NCBI GenBank assembly: GCA_039803205.1
Contig: JBDRYB010000004.1
Coordinates: 64,001-128,000, forward strand
DNA length: 64,000 nt
Reading direction: 5' to 3'
Origin: a candidate division WOR-3 bacterium
Lineage (GTDB): Bacteria; Hydrothermota; Hydrothermia; JBDRYB01
The notes below the pieces were generated by a model, which did not search any database, was not told the origin of the DNA, and worked only from the letters and a program-made list of their open reading frames with translations. Of this stretch, positions 1 through 8,933 are shown piece after piece (the first letter of the stretch is position 1; each line of letters opens with the position of its first letter). The position numbers and the translations under genes are program-made.

Positions 1-612
1 ATGGCTTTCCCCTCAAAGATCAACTCTGAGCCATTCAACATCAAGACCTGGAGGGCACACCTGGGCCTTCCGGACGACTCGGTTGCCTCCGTGGTTTCAA
101 CAGGAGATTTCATGCCCCGGATTGGCATCGGCATCCTTTTGAAATCCGGAGGTTTTTGGCTTCTGGGAAACGGGGAAATCGGAGGAGGCGGGCTCCTGTT
201 CAGAGACACCGCGAAAGAGCAAGAGCCAGTGGGATCGGCCTCTTTCGGGTTTCTGCACGCAGGGGTATCAGGAGGTTATGAGTTTGGAAACCAGAGATAC
301 GGGGTCAGCCCTCTGGTCTCGTTTAGGCAATTTGACATCAATGCAGAGTATTACTATCACGAAGAACTGAAGTTCTCACAGGAAATGCAGGCAGACTATG
401 CCTCAGTGGGCCTCAGGGGAAGGGCTTATTTTATAAGGTTTCTGTATTCCCATCCCGTAGCGGGAAAAGGCCTATCGGAGGCCCTCGCGTCCGCCACATT
501 TCCCCTGAAGGCTCTTGTTTGGGGGAACATACACTACTCCGCTTCCTGGAACGCCGAGAACCGCGTTGATGTTTTCGGATGCCTTATCGCTTGGCCTAAG
601 TGGGGCCTCTGA
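1..612 (+). CDS. Hypothetical outer-membrane beta-barrel-like protein (possibly 5' partial)
   Basis: ORF at window edge; alternating aromatic/Gly beta-strand pattern and aromatic-rich C-terminus (AWPKWGL). Confidence 0.45.
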   Translation: MAFPSKINSEPFNIKTWRAHLGLPDDSVASVVSTGDFMPRIGIGILLKSGGFWLLGNGEIGGGGLLFRDTAKEQEPVGSASFGFLHAGVSGGYEFGNQRYGVSPLVSFRQFDINAEYYYHEELKFSQEMQADYASVGLRGRAYFIRFLYSHPVAGKGLSEALASATFPLKALVWGNIHYSASWNAENRVDVFGCLIAWPKWGL

Positions 613-778
613 GAGACCAGCCCATAAGCTGGAGTGCGGGTTTTCCCTTATTTGGCGGTTCGGATGCGAGCAAACAGGAGAAAGACCTGAGACCAAAGCA
701 AAATTTGAACGATCTTGACCTGAAGCTTTAGAATAACTTAATGAAACGAACAAAAGAGGTCTCAAGGAGTGAAGTGAT

Positions 779-2293
779 ATGTTGTATACATTTATAAACT
801 TTGGCGTTCTGCTTTCCATTAGCCTCTTCGCCAACGCATACGGGACTTCATCCGAGGAATACGGCGGGTTTTCAATAGTTCAATCTCCTGACGGAGGCTT
901 TGTCTCGGTTGGCGGAAGGCTCGATCCAAGCTTCGCGGACGAGGCCCTTGCATTCAAAGTCAACTCCACGGGCCAACTGGTCTGGCAAAGGACATACGGG
1001 CCACTGATGGACAGCGACGAGGATGTCTATTCGGTTGATCTAACCGGGGACGGCGGATATGTGATGGCAGGCATGTATGGGCCTCCTGCTTCTGCTGATG
1101 CCCTCGTTATGAAGATAAACTCCACGGGCGGCCTGGTCTGGGCAAAGACCTTCGGCGGAACGAGCGACGACGCGGCCCAGTGCATCATAAGAACCCCTGA
1201 CGGTGGCTACGCTGTTGTTGCCTTTGGAATGGGCGCGAGCTCAGCGGACATATTGTTTCTGAAGCTGAACTCCACCGGCGGATTGACCTGGGGAAAGAGG
1301 TTTGGCGGGCCGAACTGGGATTACCCCAACCAGGTCATAAGAACCAGCGATGGCGGATACGCGATTGCCGGCTACACCAATATTGGCGTTGGGAATGATG
1401 ACTTTCTCGTCTTGAAGACAAACTCCACCGGCGGCCTGGTCTGGGGAAGGACATTCATAGGGTCATCCATAGATGAGGCATCATCCATAGTTGAGACCCC
1501 GGATAATGGCTACATAGCTGTGGGTGGCTCATGGAGCTTTGGCGCGGGCTCCTATGACTTCCTCGTGATAAGGCTAAACTCATCCGGAGACCTCGTCTGG
1601 GCAAGGACAATAGGTGGCTCTGGTTCGGACTGGCCCAACTCCATAATCCCAGCTATAGACGGAGGATATGTTATAGCGGGCTCAACAACGAGCTATGGAC
1701 TCGCTGGCTATGACTGTTTCGTGGTCAAGATAGCCGAGGATGGCTCCTTAGTCTGGGCATACACATTCGGAACAAGCGGCTCGGATGTCGCGTATGACAT
1801 AATTCAAACCACCGACGGAGGATACGCCATTACCGGTTATACCTATGGCCTCGGAGCAGGCGGTTCCGATGTTCTCATCATAAAATTCAACGCGGATGGA
1901 ACCTATCCATCCTGCGCTATCCCATGCTCACCGGAGATCACGGCTGTCTCTCTCTCCAGCTCGTCAATTACTTGGGACGCCAGCTATAGCCCCTTCCTAG
2001 CCGATCAGCCCCTCAACGAGAACGACCCGACCTTTTCCAGAGCCTCCCTTTGCCCTCCGGTCTCAGCTGAAGAGGGTTTTCCGGAACACGGTATACATTA
2101 TGTTAGATGTGTTCCTTTTGCTGGTGGCCTGAAGTTTTTCTCCGGCGAAGAACTGGAGCTTACTCTCTACAGGCCTGACGGCAGGCTCGTTTATGCCGGA
2201 ACCATCTCAAAGGGTGAAGACCGGATAGGTCTTGAACAGGGGGTCTATTTCTGGAGAGCGGGAGATTTCTCCGGCGTATCAGTGGTGAGATAG
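779..2293 (+). CDS. Secreted beta-propeller repeat protein with T9SS-like C-terminal domain
   Basis: Signal-like N-terminus; about 7 repeats of T.DGGY...G...D....K.NS.G.L.W.RT.GG; C-terminal LYRPDGRLVY...GVYFW motif. Confidence 0.75.
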   Translation: MLYTFINFGVLLSISLFANAYGTSSEEYGGFSIVQSPDGGFVSVGGRLDPSFADEALAFKVNSTGQLVWQRTYGPLMDSDEDVYSVDLTGDGGYVMAGMYGPPASADALVMKINSTGGLVWAKTFGGTSDDAAQCIIRTPDGGYAVVAFGMGASSADILFLKLNSTGGLTWGKRFGGPNWDYPNQVIRTSDGGYAIAGYTNIGVGNDDFLVLKTNSTGGLVWGRTFIGSSIDEASSIVETPDNGYIAVGGSWSFGAGSYDFLVIRLNSSGDLVWARTIGGSGSDWPNSIIPAIDGGYVIAGSTTSYGLAGYDCFVVKIAEDGSLVWAYTFGTSGSDVAYDIIQTTDGGYAITGYTYGLGAGGSDVLIIKFNADGTYPSCAIPCSPEITAVSLSSSSITWDASYSPFLADQPLNENDPTFSRASLCPPVSAEEGFPEHGIHYVRCVPFAGGLKFFSGEELELTLYRPDGRLVYAGTISKGEDRIGLEQGVYFWRAGDFSGVSVVR

Positions 2294-2643
2294 CTCCTCA
2301 GTAAGCCTCTGGAACCCTCACGCTTTCGGAGAACGGCAGGAACCTCGCGGGCGGCTCGGAACGCGTTGACCCAAGAGGAGGTCCGAGAATTTCTCTATAT
2401 CCCTGATCACCTCCCACCTGCCATCGTGCACCAGAACCTCTGCTGGACTCGGAGTTTCCATGAGGAGGATCCCGTTGGGGGATGCCAGCCGAAACTGCCA
2501 TGCAGAGCTCCCCGTCGGAGAAGAGATCCGCGCCCTCCTGGGCGAGTATCCGCAAGAGCACGAGTAGGGTGCTAATTCTCATGGGACTCGGTGCCTCAAA
2601 AGGATATTTGCCCGGCTCCCCTCACATGGTTTAGAATTTGGCC

Positions 2644-5600
2644 ATGAACGAAAGGCTGAGGTCTTGGTTTGCCGGAGAGAACCTGAAGTGGACCCTGTTT
2701 GGCCTGATAACCCTATTTGTCTTCGCTGTCTATTTCCAGACAACCGCTCCAACGGTGGTATTTTGGGATGTGGGCGAGTTCCTTGCCGCTGCCCACATCC
2801 TCGGTGTTCCCCACCCACCAGGAACCCCCCTCTATGTTATCCTATGCAAGTTCTTTGACATCCTCCCCCTTCCCCTTGCCTTCATTTACAGGCTGATAAA
2901 CGGCGTCCCGGCGGTTGAGTCTGTTCTCAGAATGACCTTCGTTCCCATAGCCATGGGCGCGTTCACCGCGGGCCTGGTTTATCTGATAATCTACGACACC
3001 ATAACCCTGTGGAAGCCCGAGACCCCGAGGCACATCCTCCATGTTTCTGCGGCCTTTGCCGCTTTAATGGCCGCTTTCGGGGCAGTGAACTGGATGAACT
3101 CAATAGAGGCAGAAACATACACCCCCGCGAACTTCTTTGCCCTTCTGGCAGTCTACCTGACGCTCCTCTGGTATAGGAGAAGGGGATGGGACGAGTGGGC
3201 GACGAGGTTCCTCCTCGCTGGGACATACCTGATTGTTCTGGCGACAGGCATCCACCTCACCGCGATATTTGCCTTGCCAGCCATGTTCGTATTCGTTGCG
3301 ATAGTCCACCCGCGCCTCATTTTCGGCAAGGAATTCATAGGGCTTTTGGGCGCCCTGATTCTGCTGGCAGGCCTGATGGAGTTCACATATCAAGCATCCA
3401 ATATGAGCAAAGGCATGGTGGCTCTCGGCCTCGCTCTGATGGTTTTCTACTTCTGGCGAGCGGATTTTTTCAGGGACTTCACGGATGTCTGGACCATACT
3501 CTTCGCGGTATCCGGCATCGCGCTCATATACGGTATATTTGCCAACAAGACCTTTGCTATGGTCTCAGGAGGCCTCCTCTCAATAGTGATGATGTATATA
3601 AGGGGAAGGCTCTGGAAGGACTGGAGAGGTTTGGCGCTCATTCTCATAATTCTCGCGGTTTCCGTAGAGTTTTGGCTCATAGTTAGGGCTTACTATCTCC
3701 ATCACCATCCAACAGCCGCTTGGATAAACGAGGCAGATCCCTACAACTGGCAAGCCTTCATGGATGTGCTGACCCGCAAGCAATACGAACCGGCGAAGAT
3801 GTTCCCCAGGAGGATAGCGCCTGTCCTGCAGTTCAAGGTCTTCATAAAGTATTTCAACTGGCAATACAACACTCTCAGCGTAGTGGCCCTCATCTTTCTC
3901 GGTTTGGTCGGACTGGTCACCCAGCTCTCAAACGACTTCTCAAGGAAGTTCCTGAACAGGACAAAGGTTGTCTGGCTCCTCGGCCTCGTTTTCATCCTGG
4001 CAACGATTGGGTTCTGGTTCGCGTTCAACCTCAAGGACTCGCCTACCCAGCCGGTTGGCGGGGTTCATCCCACTACGGGAGAGCCTCTCTTGCCAACTGA
4101 GGTGAGGGACAGGGACTACTTCTACGCGACCGCTCACATAATGATATGCCTTTATGCTGGGATAGGACTCTGGGAGCTCCTCAGGATCGCTGGCAAGTAT
4201 CTCAGGAAGTGGTGGGTGGTCTCAGCGGTCTTCTATCCGCTCGCGGCATTCACGGTTGGGTGGCAGTTCTACAAGTTTTACCCGGAGTGCAACCGCTCCA
4301 GGTTTTATCTCGCTGAGGACTCGGCCTACAACCTCTTGATAAGCCCATCAACAGGAGGGGTAATGTTCACGAACGGGGACAACGACACATTTCCGCTGTG
4401 GTTCGCGCAGGAGGTCCTAAAGATCCGGAAGGACATAGTCATAGCAAACCTTTCCCTCCTTAACACCAATTGGTATATCAGGCAGGTCAAGGCGTGGGGC
4501 GCGCCAATATCCTTCTCTTACGAGGACATAGACAGGCTTCCGCCCGTCATACCTCTTCAGTGCAAGGTAGCAAGCGTTGGCCCTCAGGGTTTTGAGATAG
4601 ATGTCCCGGACACGAAAGGGGGCCTGCACAGGGTCTATGTATCATACGAGAGAACCCCCCTTCTGGGCCTCTATGGCGGCAGGAGGGACATCCTGAGGGC
4701 GGATCTGCTTCAGGCCCAGAAGACCGGTGAAATGCTCGGCCTTCCCATAATGACCCTCAGGGACTTCGCCATAAGGGATATGATAGCGACATCCTCGGGA
4801 TACAAGCCAAAGACCTTCACCAGGATACCCTCTGCCGACGGCGCTTTCATGGATGTGCCTCTCATCTACCTTGATGATCCGGCCGCTTTTGCGAAAGAGG
4901 TCTTCTACGGCAAAGCATTCAGCACAAACATATACTTCGCCATGACCACGACCCCTGAGGCTTGGGAGGGTTGGGAGAATTATCTCCTCATGGAAGGAAT
5001 GGCGTTCAGGCTCGTTTCGTATGAGACAGGGCCCCGCGGGGGTTATCCCCTTGAGAACCTCAGCCCGGACTATACCGCTTACACGCTTCACGATGCCATG
5101 GCACCCCTTGAATATCTGAGCGAATATTCGGGTTATCACAAGATCCCGGCCGAGCGCGCTTTCAGATACAGGGGGATCCTTGACAAGAGGGTGCCGAAAA
5201 CCGATAGATATGACACGAACGAGAAGATAGTCCGAAACTACGCGCAGGTCGCGTTCTCTCTCGGAAGCTATCTTGCCCAGCGCGGCGACCTCAGGAGGTC
5301 CGCTGATGAGCTGGAGCTGGGGAAGGCTTTCCTTGACCAAATACCCTCTGAGCGAGCGCCAGGCCTAGAGAGACAGAAGCTATACATAAGCCTTTCTCTC
5401 GCTGAGATATACACGAAGCTCGGGGATTACACCAAGGCAGAAGGATTCATAAAGGAGGCCGCTTCGATCCAGCCCGGTCCCATGATTGACATGAAGATGG
5501 GTGACCTTATGAGAGCGCAGGGAAGACTTGACGAGGCCGCCAGATACTACGAGAAGGTTCTATCATCGGGCATGCAGGACCCCTTGGGGTTCGTTTTGAT

Positions 5601-5820
5601 AGCGGATTTCTACAGGGAGAAGGGGGATTACGCTAAGGCTGAAGAACTCTACAAGAGGGTGCTCTCCATGGGGTTCACGGACACCATGGTCACGAACGGC
5701 CTAAGGGAAGTGATGGAGGCTCAGGGAAAAGGCCCTGAGGCTGAGAGCCTAATAAACTCTATAACGGAAAAGACGCCGCTCATCGCACCCGGAGCGGTCA
5801 ACCCACAGGGAGGAAGATAA
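2644..5820 (+). CDS. DUF2723/TMEM260-like multi-pass membrane protein (putative GT-C glycosyltransferase) with C-terminal TPRs
   Basis: Motifs WDVGEF, GVPHPPGTPLY, EAETY, RDRDYFY, FTNGDNDTFPLW; many TM segments; TPR-like helices; ATG 6 nt after TAGAAT. Confidence 0.8.
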   Translation: MNERLRSWFAGENLKWTLFGLITLFVFAVYFQTTAPTVVFWDVGEFLAAAHILGVPHPPGTPLYVILCKFFDILPLPLAFIYRLINGVPAVESVLRMTFVPIAMGAFTAGLVYLIIYDTITLWKPETPRHILHVSAAFAALMAAFGAVNWMNSIEAETYTPANFFALLAVYLTLLWYRRRGWDEWATRFLLAGTYLIVLATGIHLTAIFALPAMFVFVAIVHPRLIFGKEFIGLLGALILLAGLMEFTYQASNMSKGMVALGLALMVFYFWRADFFRDFTDVWTILFAVSGIALIYGIFANKTFAMVSGGLLSIVMMYIRGRLWKDWRGLALILIILAVSVEFWLIVRAYYLHHHPTAAWINEADPYNWQAFMDVLTRKQYEPAKMFPRRIAPVLQFKVFIKYFNWQYNTLSVVALIFLGLVGLVTQLSNDFSRKFLNRTKVVWLLGLVFILATIGFWFAFNLKDSPTQPVGGVHPTTGEPLLPTEVRDRDYFYATAHIMICLYAGIGLWELLRIAGKYLRKWWVVSAVFYPLAAFTVGWQFYKFYPECNRSRFYLAEDSAYNLLISPSTGGVMFTNGDNDTFPLWFAQEVLKIRKDIVIANLSLLNTNWYIRQVKAWGAPISFSYEDIDRLPPVIPLQCKVASVGPQGFEIDVPDTKGGLHRVYVSYERTPLLGLYGGRRDILRADLLQAQKTGEMLGLPIMTLRDFAIRDMIATSSGYKPKTFTRIPSADGAFMDVPLIYLDDPAAFAKEVFYGKAFSTNIYFAMTTTPEAWEGWENYLLMEGMAFRLVSYETGPRGGYPLENLSPDYTAYTLHDAMAPLEYLSEYSGYHKIPAERAFRYRGILDKRVPKTDRYDTNEKIVRNYAQVAFSLGSYLAQRGDLRRSADELELGKAFLDQIPSERAPGLERQKLYISLSLAEIYTKLGDYTKAEGFIKEAASIQPGPMIDMKMGDLMRAQGRLDEAARYYEKVLSSGMQDPLGFVLIADFYREKGDYAKAEELYKRVLSMGFTDTMVTNGLREVMEAQGKGPEAESLINSITEKTPLIAPGAVNPQGGR

Positions 5821-6944
5821 TGGGACACGCTTACACACCAGGACTTAAGGTCACAAAAGCCACAGTAATAAGAAAAGAGAGGAGGCTTCCTGTCCCAGGA
5901 ACGGTTCTCGTGAAGCTTGGGGACAGGGTCAAAGCGGATCAGACGGTTGCGAAGGCAGACCTTCCGGGGAATGTGGTTCCCCTGAATGTAGCTGGCAAGC
6001 TCGGCATACAACCAAACGAGGTCCCTGAGGCCATGAGGGTTAAGGAAGGCGAGGCTGTCAAAAAGGGTGATCTGGTTGCCGTATCCAAGGGCATAATGGG
6101 GCTCATGAAGACATCGCTAAAGGCTCCTTGTGACGGAACGATAGAATCCATATCCGCCATAACGGGACAGGTGATCTTGAGGGAACCCCCGCTCCCCATA
6201 GAGGTAAAGGCATACATTGACGGCAAGGTCGTTGAGGTAATAGAAAGGGAAGGCGTCCTGATTGAGACCACAGCGTCTTTTGTTCAGGGGATATTCGGGA
6301 TAGGGGGCGAGGTAATAGGCGAGATAAAGGTGGTGGTTGATTCTCCGGATCAGGAGCTTCTGCCATCCCTGATAACGGAGGACGCGAAAGGGAAAGTGAT
6401 AGTCGGTGGAAGCTTTATCTCAGTAGAAGCCATGCGCAAAGCCAGAGAGCTTGGCGCGGTGGCAGTTGTAGCAGGGGGAACAGATGACAGGAACCTAAAG
6501 GATTTCCTGGGCTATGATATAGGCGTTGCCATAACGGGCCAGGAGGATGTAGGGCTAACCGTGATCCTCACAGAAGGATTCGGAAGGCTGAGAATGGCGC
6601 ACAAGACCTTTGAGCTCCTCAAGAGCCTTGAGGGCAAAATAGCATCAGCTAACGGCGCAACCCAGATAAGGGCTGGCGTAATAAGGCCGGAGATAATCGT
6701 TCCAACCCAGGAGGAATCCCTGATTTCTGAGGAGACAGTGGACGAAGGGGTGCTTGAAATAGGTTCCCTGGTGAGGGTTATCCGGGAGCCTTACTTCGGC
6801 CTCATAGGCGAGGTCACGAAGCTGCCCCCTGAGCCAACCGTCATAGAGACAGAGGCCAAGGTCAGGATACTTGAGTTGAGGCTTGAGGATGGCAGGTGCG
6901 TTACCGTTCCGAGGGCAAATGTGGAGCTCATAGAGACCCTATAA
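5820..6944 (+). CDS. Conserved hypothetical protein (MGHAYTPGL family): barrel-sandwich hybrid repeats, alpha/beta domain and C-terminal KOW/SH3-like domain
   Basis: V..GD.V hybrid motifs (LVKLGDRV, VKEGEAVKKGD); GSLVRVIREPYFG KOW-like tail; TAATG overlap with upstream gene. Confidence 0.65.
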   Translation: MGHAYTPGLKVTKATVIRKERRLPVPGTVLVKLGDRVKADQTVAKADLPGNVVPLNVAGKLGIQPNEVPEAMRVKEGEAVKKGDLVAVSKGIMGLMKTSLKAPCDGTIESISAITGQVILREPPLPIEVKAYIDGKVVEVIEREGVLIETTASFVQGIFGIGGEVIGEIKVVVDSPDQELLPSLITEDAKGKVIVGGSFISVEAMRKARELGAVAVVAGGTDDRNLKDFLGYDIGVAITGQEDVGLTVILTEGFGRLRMAHKTFELLKSLEGKIASANGATQIRAGVIRPEIIVPTQEESLISEETVDEGVLEIGSLVRVIREPYFGLIGEVTKLPPEPTVIETEAKVRILELRLEDGRCVTVPRANVELIETL

Positions 6945-7408
6945 TGGATATCTTACGGGAAGATGGCCTTGAGGAATCAACAAAGAAGGCGGAGCTCCTC
7001 CTCAGGATAATCTGCTCCCTCATCAGGCTACACGGAAGGGAGATACTCTCCAGGCATCACCTCTCTCCACCTCAGTTTGACATAATGACCACCATTTACT
7101 TTGAAGGCGAACTGTCCCAAAACGAGATGCCGAAGAAACTGCATCTTGCCAAATCCACCATATCCGCCCTGCTGGATAGATTGGAGAAACAGGGTATGAT
7201 AACTAAGAAAAAAACCCCGGATGACAAGCGCATCTCCACGGTTAGGCTTACATTCAAAGGGACAAATGTGATAGAGCAGGTAATAGAAAGAAGGAGGGAA
7301 CTCCTCAGGGAGCTTTATTCTCATCTCTCCGAGCGCCAAAGAGAGGAGTTCAACGAGATAATATCTCGGTTCGCTTACCTTCTGGAGGCAGAGGAGGGAA
7401 AGATCTGA
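6944..7408 (+). CDS. MarR family transcriptional regulator
   Basis: LSPPQFDI, KSTISALLDRLEKQG, DKR wing motif; TAATG overlap. Confidence 0.85.
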   Translation: MDILREDGLEESTKKAELLLRIICSLIRLHGREILSRHHLSPPQFDIMTTIYFEGELSQNEMPKKLHLAKSTISALLDRLEKQGMITKKKTPDDKRISTVRLTFKGTNVIEQVIERRRELLRELYSHLSERQREEFNEIISRFAYLLEAEEGKI

Positions 7409-7451
7409 TTGAGTGGTGGCCGATGGCCGGAAACCCATATAATTTGTTGTT

Positions 7452-8054
7452 ATGAGAAAGGTCTGGATCTTAGCTTCAGCAACAGCAACCGGACTACTGC
7501 TTGCCTGCAATTTGTGCGGGCTTGGTGAGCTGATTCAAAGGTTCCGCGAGGGCCTGGAAGAGGGCGAGGGCATAACTATTCCTGAGGAAACGCAGGAAGC
7601 CGATTTTGAGGGTTTTGGCCTGAGCCTGATCCTACCCGATGGTTGGGAGACGATAGAATACCAACCATCAGAGGGCCCATCGGAGGTGGAAGTGACCAGA
7701 GGCGTATTCGCTCATACCGATGGGCTTGAAGCAACCGTGACATGCATCATGGATCCGGAGATGTTTTCGGGCAGGACAGCGGATGAGGTCGCGCGCTACA
7801 TGGTCTACGCGCCGGATGTCGAGCATCCACCAACTACGCATGAGGGAAGGATAACCATATCCGGCCTCCGCGGCTATGAGGCCACCTATGTGATGGAAGA
7901 GGAGGAAACTTTCACCTACCGCTATATCGCGCTGGCCACCAAAAAGGACAGCCGCATATTCACCATAGATTTTACCCGGCACGGGAGAAGGGGTTTTACA
8001 TCCGAGGACAAGAGGGAGATGAAGAGGTTTCTGGATGGTATCAAGATAGATTAA
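7452..8054 (+). CDS. Putative lipoprotein (PsbP/DUF1795-like fold)
   Basis: Lipobox LLAC; LPDGW motif and ITISGL..YEATY strand pattern. Confidence 0.55.
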   Translation: MRKVWILASATATGLLLACNLCGLGELIQRFREGLEEGEGITIPEETQEADFEGFGLSLILPDGWETIEYQPSEGPSEVEVTRGVFAHTDGLEATVTCIMDPEMFSGRTADEVARYMVYAPDVEHPPTTHEGRITISGLRGYEATYVMEEEETFTYRYIALATKKDSRIFTIDFTRHGRRGFTSEDKREMKRFLDGIKID

Positions 8055-8120
8055 CGGACGCGCGCATCCCAAAACTCCTTACAAGTAGACTCATCCTTTC
8101 AGGATAACTGTAAAGGGTAA

Positions 8121-8153
8121 AAAAGAAGGCCCCCGCCGCGGGGGCCTTCTTTT
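8121..8153. terminator. Bidirectional intrinsic terminator
   Basis: AAAAGAAGGCCCCC-GCCGC-GGGGGCCTTCTTTT perfect hairpin between convergent genes. Confidence 0.9.
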
Positions 8154-8169
8154 CTTCGGTGCCAAGGTT

Positions 8170-8385
8170 CTACATACGCCTCACCCTCACAGCCTTTGGC
8201 CCTTTGTCGCTCTCTATGACCTCGAAGGAGACATGCTCTCCCTCCTCTAGGCTCTTATAGCCTTCTGCCTCTATGTCGCTGTAGTGGACGAAAACAGAAC
8301 CCTGTCCATCGTCCCTGTCTATGAACCCATATCCCTTGCGTGCATTGAACCAACGCACCGTTCCTTCTATCCTTTCATCTGACAT
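8170..8385 (-). CDS. cspA: Cold-shock protein
   Basis: WFNARKGYGFI (RNP1), VFVHYSDI (RNP2), GPKA; GGAGG SD. Confidence 0.95.
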   Translation of the reverse strand: MSDERIEGTVRWFNARKGYGFIDRDDGQGSVFVHYSDIEAEGYKSLEEGEHVSFEVIESDKGPKAVRVRRM

Positions 8386-8419
8386 CTACAAAAACCTCCA
8401 AGAAGTCAACCACACCCAA

Positions 8420-8449
8420 ATTATATACCCTCTGGCATGGGTATTGCAA
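8420..8449 (-). promoter_or_regulatory. Putative sigma70 promoter of csp gene
   Basis: TTGCAA-N18-TATAAT on minus strand. Confidence 0.55.
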
Positions 8450-8457
8450 CCCCGCGC

Positions 8458-8886
8458 GTTCGCTCAAAATAGAATCCTAACCCTGAGCTAGGGGAGGGCA
8501 AATATCAGCTGAGCATGCGAATGGCCCCGAGATACAGAAGGGCCACCAAGAAGGAGAAGTCCAGGATAGGGACGAGTATATGGCCATCACCGTGCTGAAA
8601 ACCAGGAAATACGCCATAGCAAAGCTGAACAGATACGCTAGACCCCACCGCCAGAGGTTCAAGATCAAGAAGACCCAGAGAAGGTGTTGGGCATTCACGG
8701 AGGATGGGAGGAGCCGGATGAGCTAGTTGAGTATCTGATGAACCAGAAGAACGAGTAGAGGTTAACGCACGCGAGGGCATTCCCTCGTGTGCTCTTCAAT
8801 TTCACAATCTCTCCCTATGTAGAACCCCTCTGAGCTTGAGCATTATCCTCTGGTAGCTCAGGGTTAGGTCTTAGTTTTGAGCGAAC
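8458..8886 (+). mobile_element. MITE-like non-autonomous element, copy 1 (internally deleted IS)
   Basis: Imperfect ~33 bp TIRs GTTCGCTCAAAATAGAATCCTAACCCTGAGCTA / TAGCTCAGGGTTAGGTCTTAGTTTTGAGCGAAC; near-identical inverted copy at 29193-29603; transposase N-terminal remnant. Confidence 0.9.
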
Positions 8887-8933
8887 TTGGCTATTTTGCG
8901 CCCTGTCAGCCCGATGGTATATAATAGCTTCAC

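Noticed and set aside
2556..2576. AGAGCAC-N7-GTGCTAA resembling a CIRCE operator
   Set aside because: Wrong spacing and arm sequence, and not upstream of chaperone genes
2298..2600. Short ORFs in the intergenic region (TQEEVREFL...)
   Set aside because: No recognisable family or clear start signals; may be a decayed fragment but cannot be supported
8477..8698. Hydrophobic 73-aa ORF (and 29274-29555) as a membrane toxin
   Set aside because: It is the antisense reading of the Lys/Arg-rich transposase remnant inside the MITE
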